Positions 61,001 to 64,000 of a stretch of 64,000 bases of DNA are shown here, piece by piece; within the stretch, counting starts at the first letter, position 1, and each line of letters opens with the position of its first letter. Position numbers and translations under genes: made by a program. Under the pieces are notes generated by a model. That model made no database searches and had not been told where the DNA came from. It worked only from the letters and a program-made list of their open reading frames with translations. Source of the stretch: Mycobacteriales bacterium (lineage in GTDB: Bacteria > Actinomycetota > Actinomycetes > Mycobacteriales > SCTD01); NCBI GenBank assembly GCA_038230355.1, contig JBBRNK010000014.1, positions 24,747 to 88,746 on the forward strand. Direction: 5' to 3'.

Positions 61001-64000
61001 GCGGTGCGCAGGCTCTGACCGGCTGTCACGGTCGCGACGACCGGGAGCGCGCTGGTCGCGCGGTAGTCGGCGGGGACACTCACCGAGACGGTGTAGCTAC
61101 CCGCGGCCAGCCCGCTGAACAGGTACAGGCCCGCGGCGTCGGTGGTCGTCGTCGCGGTCGCGTCGCCCCCGAGGGTCACGGTCAACGGCGACGTGTACGC
61201 CGGCTCGCCCGCGTCCCGGGTGCCGTTGCCGTTGGTGTCCACGTAGACCTCGTCGCCCACGGACGCATTGGTCTGGCGGGCCCCGAAGTCGGCTGTGGTG
61301 CTCGACGTGCCCGCGGTGACCACGACGGACAGGACCGTCGGGGTAGTCGCGGTGAAACCGGCCGGCGGGGTGAAGGTCGCCGTGTAGGTGCCGGCAGCCA
61401 GGCCGGTCACCAGGTAGGACCCGTCGGCAGCGCTGGTCGCGGTCCCGAAGCTCGTGCCACCCTGGGTGATGGCGACGGTGCCGCCCTGGAGCGGGGTGTC
61501 ACCGGTCTGCGAGCCGTCGTTGTTGGCGTCGTTGAACACCAGGTCACCGATCGAGCCACTTGTGGGGGCCAGCTCGAAGTTCACGCCCGCCGTGCCCGCG
61601 CCGGCCGTCAGGATGGCCGTCCGGGTCGTGCCGCCGTTCGCGACGTAGCCGGCCGGGACCGTCACGGTCACGGTGTAGCTGCCTGGGGCGTAGCCGTTGA
61701 AGGCGTAGCCGCCGGCCGCGTCCGTCGTCGCGGTGGCGAGCGTCGTGCCGCCCTGGCTGAGCGTGACGGTCGCGCCCGCGATGCCGGTCTCACCGGCAGT
61801 CGGCCCGTCGTTGCCCAGGTCGTTGAAGACCGTGCCGCTGACGCCCTGCGCGATGATCCCGAAGTTGACGACCCTGAGGTTCTGGCCGGCCGACAGCGTG
61901 GTCGTCAGTGTCGCCGGGGTCGTGGCGTTGTAGCCGGCCGGCGTCACCGCCTGGACGGTGTAGGTGCCGGCAGGAAGGCCGTTGAACAGGTAGCGACCGG
62001 TGGCCGTCGTCGGTGAGGTGACAGTGGCCGTCGTTGCTGTGGCGCGAGGCGCACCGGTGGCGGTCGCACCGTCGTACAGGTTGAGGGTGACGCCGTTGAC
62101 GCCGAGCTCACCGGAGTCCTGCGTGCCGTTGTTGTTGTTGTCGGCAAAGACCGTCTGCCCGATCGACGCGTTGGTCTGAAGCTCCGCGAAGTTCAGTGTC
62201 ATGGTGTCGGAGCCGGTGACCGTGGTCGTCTGGGTCGCCGGCGGAACGGCTGTGAAGCCGGTCGGCGGCGTAGCCGTCACCGTGTAGCTGCCGGCGGGCA
62301 GGCCCGGGAAGCTGTAGGTACCGGTGGCTCCGCTGGTGGTCGTCGCCACCGTCGTACCACCCTGGGTCAGGGTCACGGTCGCACCCTGCAGGCCCGGGTC
62401 GGTACCGGTCTGGCCGCTCACGCCGTCGGTCTCGGAGTAGACGGTGCCGTTGATCGTCGAGGCCCGCTGCTGCGCCCCCACGTCGTCGGTGGTGACCGCC
62501 TGACCCGGGGTCAGCGTCGTGCTGTACGTCGTGACGGTTGTGGCGACGTAGCCCGTGGGCAGCGACACCGTCACCGTGTAGGTACCAGCCGGCAGGTTGC
62601 CGACGGTCCAGGCACCGGTACCCGTCGTCGTGACGGTGCCGAGGGTCGTCGCGCCCTGCGTGACCGTCACGGTCGCACCGGCCAGCCCCGCGTCACCGGC
62701 GGTGAAGGTGCCGGAGGCGTCCTTGTCGTCGAAGACGAGGTCACCGACACTGCCGAACGGGGCGAGGCCGAAGTCGGCGTCGGTCACGACGACGCCGGAG
62801 CTGGCGATGTTCCGGTCGACCGACAGCGGCGTGGTCGCGTAGGTGCCTGCGGTCGGCGTCTCGGTCACCCGATAGGTGCCGGTCGCGAGGTTGGCGAAGG
62901 CGTACAGGCCGCCGCCCGCGGTCACCTGGGTGACCGGCGCGAGGTCGTCACCGGTGCCGAACGTGCCATCCGGCCCGGCGCCCAGCAGCGTCACGGTGAC
63001 ACCGTCCAGGCCGATCTCCGCGCCGTTCTGGAACCCGTCCCCGTTCGTGTCGCCGAAGACGGTGTCGCCGATCGAGGAGTTGGCGGCCTGGAAGCCGAAG
63101 TCGGCGGTGGCGACGACGCCGGAGGTCGCGAGGGTGACGTCGAAGAACTGCGGTGTCGTCGAGGCGCCGTACGCCGCCTGCGGGGTGACCCGGACGCGGT
63201 AGGTCCCGGCGACCAGGCCACCGAAGGAGTAGAGGCCGTTCGCGTCGGTCGTGTCGGTGCCGACGGTCGTGCCACCCTGGCTCAGGGTGACCGTGGCTCC
63301 GGAGATCCCGCTGTCACCCGCGTCCTGCGTGCCGTTGCCGTTGACGTCGTGGAAGACGGTGTCGCCGATCGACCCGTTCGCCAGCGTGAGGCCGAGGTCC
63401 TGCACGCCCGGTGTGCCGGAGGTGGTCGTGACCGACGCGACCGTGCCGAGCGGGCTGCCGGTCGTGACGACGTAGCCACTGACCGGTGAGTACCGGACCG
63501 AGTAGCTGCCCGCGGCCAGGCCGGTGAACGAGTACGCGCCGCTGGCACCGCTCGACGTGGTCTGGAGCAGCGTGCCGCCCTGGTACAGCGTGACGGTGAC
63601 GCCGGACAGGCCCGGTTCACCGGCCTGGCGAACGCCGTCCACCGTCGGGGAGGACTCGGAGAACGTCACGCCGGTGATCTGCGCGTCGAAGCGCCGGATC
63701 CCGATGTTGACGCCGGTCGTGGTCGCGCCGTCGTTGACGGTCCGGGCGGTGGTCGGGTCGGGCGTCGTGGCCTGTCGACCGGCCGGGACCGGTACCGAGA
63801 CGGTGTAGGAACCGGCCGGCAGGTTGGCGAAGGAGTAGACACCGGTCGTCGGGTCGACGCTGGCAGTGGCGATCGCGGTGCTGGCCTGGAACAGCGTCAC
63901 GGTCAGGGGTACACCGGTGCCCGCCTCCGTGCCGTTGACCGTCTGGCTGCCGTCGGCGTCGTCGAAGACCAAGCCGGTCAGGGCGCCATCGGAGCGGCGG
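55078..64000 (-). CDS. giant LPXTG-anchored repetitive surface adhesin (3' 8.9 kb; 5' end beyond window)
   Basis: The ORF is open to the window edge. The listed start at 63972 falls inside a repeat unit, so it is not the true start. Contains 17 SdrD-B/Cna-B-like units, 6 putative-Ig (He_PIG-like) units, 7 cadherin-like/Big_9-like units, a Gly/Asn/Pro spacer, then LPLTG plus a TM segment and RRRRPS. Confidence 0.9.
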   Translation of the reverse strand, partial: RRSDGALTGLVFDDADGSQTVNGTEAGTGVPLTVTLFQASTAIATASVDPTTGVYSFANLPAGSYTVSVPVPAGRQATTPDPTTARTVNDGATTTGVNIGIRRFDAQITGVTFSESSPTVDGVRQAGEPGLSGVTVTLYQGGTLLQTTSSGASGAYSFTGLAAGSYSVRYSPVSGYVVTTGSPLGTVASVTTTSGTPGVQDLGLTLANGSIGDTVFHDVNGNGTQDAGDSGISGATVTLSQGGTTVGTDTTDANGLYSFGGLVAGTYRVRVTPQAAYGASTTPQFFDVTLATSGVVATADFGFQAANSSIGDTVFGDTNGDGFQNGAEIGLDGVTVTLLGAGPDGTFGTGDDLAPVTQVTAGGGLYAFANLATGTYRVTETPTAGTYATTPLSVDRNIASSGVVVTDADFGLAPFGSVGDLVFDDKDASGTFTAGDAGLAGATVTVTQGATTLGTVTTTGTGAWTVGNLPAGTYTVTVSLPTGYVATTVTTYSTTLTPGQAVTTDDVGAQQRASTINGTVYSETDGVSGQTGTDPGLQGATVTLTQGGTTVATTTSGATGTYSFPGLPAGSYTVTATPPTGFTAVPPATQTTTVTGSDTMTLNFAELQTNASIGQTVFADNNNNGTQDSGELGVNGVTLNLYDGATATGAPRATATTATVTSPTTATGRYLFNGLPAGTYTVQAVTPAGYNATTPATLTTTLSAGQNLRVVNFGIIAQGVSGTVFNDLGNDGPTAGETGIAGATVTLSQGGTTLATATTDAAGGYAFNGYAPGSYTVTVTVPAGYVANGGTTRTAILTAGAGTAGVNFELAPTSGSIGDLVFNDANNDGSQTGDTPLQGGTVAITQGGTSFGTATSAADGSYLVTGLAAGTYTATFTPPAGFTATTPTVLSVVVTAGTSSTTADFGARQTNASVGDEVYVDTNGNGTRDAGEPAYTSPLTVTLGGDATATTTTDAAGLYLFSGLAAGSYTVSVSVPADYRATSALPVVATVTAGQSLRTADIGLEPIPGVVSGIAFTDLGADGAKNGADPNRPGVTVTLTRGGAFVGTTTTDAGGSYSFTGLPLGSYTVTVTVPTGTTASTPAVRTALLTAGAPTSTTNDFGLAPATSVLGDTVFTDTNGNGTQDTGEVGLSGVTVTLTKGGTTVTTATTASDGTYSFTGLTAGTYTVALTVPVGATTTTTGGASRTTTLAASTTDNTLDFGVQQVDSSLAGTVFSDPNADQTRNAGEPALGGVTVQLSGGPTSKPATTTAADGSYSFGTLAPGTYTVTFVVPVGSTATTPDPVTVTVPVSTAVTGIDFGARTTSGAVTGPVFSDVNGNGTDDGAVDPALAGVTVTLTQGATTVATVVTGPSGTYTFANLPAGTYTVTATAPAGTLASTPVTGTVTVTTAGVTGPAFGFQPVDASVSGTVFNDPSKDGVQQAGEPSYPGGTVTLSRGGSPVATQATDASGAYAFSGLPAGTYTVTVTTPTGYVATSPVTLTRVVAPSQAVTGVDFGILRSDAALSGMVYDDRDGSGTQQAGEPGRAGVTVTLRQGATVLTTATTDAAGTYQFPGLPAGSYTVTVTLPTGTTATTAATVGTPLVAGQQRTGVDFGLGVASIGDLVFDDVNGNGVQDAGEPGLATVTVTLTQGPTVLATTTTDASGAYRFDSLAAGTYTVTAATPAGRSATTPTVVTVTLAAAQIYTTADFGNQVTPNAPPAYTSAASNTTQTVPAGGTVTAVVATDANNDSLSYTLTGGSLPAGVTLNPDGTFTGSPTVPGTYTVTIDVSDGLGGTDSTTLVITVPNAPPAFTAAPGNTTQTIGVGGTPAALTATDANGDPLTYSATGGTLPPGITLNADGTFSGTATTSGTYTVTVTVADGRGGTDTSTLVIKVSTAGPPVANTDAITTIGVITFDPRVNDTDPSGTPITLTSVGTPAHGTATCTTTSCTYTPTTGYAGPDSFTYVITAGTGLSSTGTVNVTVSNTAPAFTTDSTNDAQTVGLGTTPVALTATDANGDPLSFTVASGSLPPGLTLNPDGTFSGTATTSGTYTVTVTVADGKGGTDTTTLVLTVSPNNPPAFTSASGNTAQTIGVGATPVAVTATDPDPGQTVTFAVTNGTLPPGVTLNPDGTFSGTATTAGTFTVTITASDGNGGTDTTTLTITVTPPPDRAPVAADDTAAATSGQPVSTTVLGNDTDPDSDPLTVQSVTQPANGTVSCDNTVTVGHPAPTCTYTSDPGYTGPDSYTYVVSDGRGLTDTGTVRITVSAAPNNPPVFDPTSNNTAQTIQVGTTPLPVTATDPNGDPLVYTVTSGSLPPGLTLNPDGTFSGTATTAGGPLTVVITVSDGKGGTASTTLVITVTAVVAPGSPPIAVNDTATTPTGTAVTTQVLANDTDPDAGNTLSVVGHTAPTHGIVSCTATACTYTPDPGYAGADSYTYTVSDGTGNTAVGTVSVTVQNAPPAFDGSTGNTSQSVPVGATPTPLSASDPNGDPLTFAVTTGTLPAGVTLNPDGTFSGTATTPGTSTVTVTVSDGRGGTATTTVTFTVVAPINSPPVATNDSVAVAGVATSFGVLGNDTDPNGNPLTVASYTQPTHGTVSCTGAGSCTYTPDPAYSGPDSFTYTVSDGNGGFDTATVDLTVSAANGVPVANPDSGTTLEDTPLAIDVLGNDTDPNGDPLTVTSYTQPTHGTVTCTTAPAAGICTYTPATNYNGPDSFTYTVSDGKGGTATATVTLTVTPVNDAPIAKADKGTTTTGVPVAVSVLANDTDVEGNPLTVTAYTQPQHGTVTCTGAGVCSYTPNDGYAGPDSFTYTVSDGNGGTATTTVSLTVTNRPPTAVPDRVTAQPSTPVTITVTDNDTDPDGDPLSVVRTTDPAHGTVTCTLEGVCTYTPDAGFAGADAFTYTISDGHGHTSTATVSVTVKGAGTGTGIKGGGDNPNGAPGTPSKGGNPGGHGGNPGGGLPLTGADVHLQGEWALSLFGVGLLLLLAGRRRRPS
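55171..55185 (-). other. LPLTG sortase recognition motif of the adhesin
   Basis: Reverse complement of 55171..55185 is CTGCCGCTCACCGGT = L-P-L-T-G. It is followed by 30 aa: a hydrophobic segment and RRRRPS. Confidence 0.9.
55300..58935 (-). repeat. array of ~90-100-aa Ig-like repeats (6 He_PIG-like + 7 cadherin-like/Big_9-like) within the adhesin
   Basis: Recurrent NAPPAFT..ATDANGDPLT..GTLPPGxTLNxDGTFSGTATTxGTYTVTVTVxDGxGGT units interleaved with PVAxxD..VLGNDTDPxGxPLTVxSxTQPxHGTVxC..CTYTPxxGYxGPDSFTYTVSDGxGG units. Boundaries are approximate. Confidence 0.8.
58936..64000 (-). repeat. array of 17 (in window) ~100-aa SdrD-B/Cna-B-like repeats within the adhesin
   Basis: Recurrent GDxVFxDxNGNGxQDxGExGLxGVTVTLxxGGTxxxTTTTDAxGxYxFxGLxAGxYTVxVTxPxG; 17 GxYxFxxLxxGxYxV cores counted. 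Confidence 0.85.

Noticed and set aside
55159-62016. Very long plus-strand ORFs (783 aa at 55159..57510; 1257 aa at 58243..62016) and many 60-180-aa ORFs opposite the adhesin gene
   Set aside because: They mirror the repeat periodicity of the minus-strand adhesin and translate to R/G/D/V-rich low-complexity strings. The minus-strand frame carries coherent Ig-like and SdrD-like domains plus an LPXTG signal.

Overview
Very GC-rich (about 70% by eye) actinobacterial-type chromosomal segment. It is densely coded: about 60 CDS, one tRNA-Ser(UGA), and many 4-nt start/stop overlaps. I found no transposase, integrase, phage gene or CRISPR array. Gene content, left to right: (1) a divergent FAS-II-like lipid locus, with KAS, acyl-CoA dehydrogenase-like, AMP-ligase, ACP and a catalytically degenerate FabI paralog on the minus strand, and fabD-fabG-ACP-fabI on the plus strand. 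(2) Translationally coupled to fabI, a carbohydrate-like module (TIM-barrel isomerase, Zn-ADH, class II aldolase, FGGY kinase, 2-hydroxyacid dehydrogenase), a YnjBCD-like ABC importer and a nucleoside hydrolase. (3) ArsR, nucleoside phosphorylase, methyltransferase, ALDH and AMP-ligase. (4) A CHRD protein, class F sortase and cupredoxin lipoprotein trio. (5) A single 1376-codon ORF fusing a NuoL-like DabB module to a DUF2309/DabA module, with a divergent small wHTH gene. (6) A gene-decay patch followed by plsY, a thioesterase and a flavin monooxygenase, then DegV, a disulfide oxidoreductase and WS/DGAT. (7) Housekeeping genes (qor, bpa, serS, arcA, nei and others) and a larB-larC pair carrying in-frame tandem repeats. 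(8) The 3' 8.9 kb of a giant LPXTG adhesin gene that runs off the window. The strongest novelty candidates are the fused DabB-DabA transporter, the two-ACP/two-FabI lipid locus and its coupling to sugar-type enzymes, and the CHRD/sortase F/cupredoxin module. All family calls come from motif recognition in the translated ORFs; no database search was possible.
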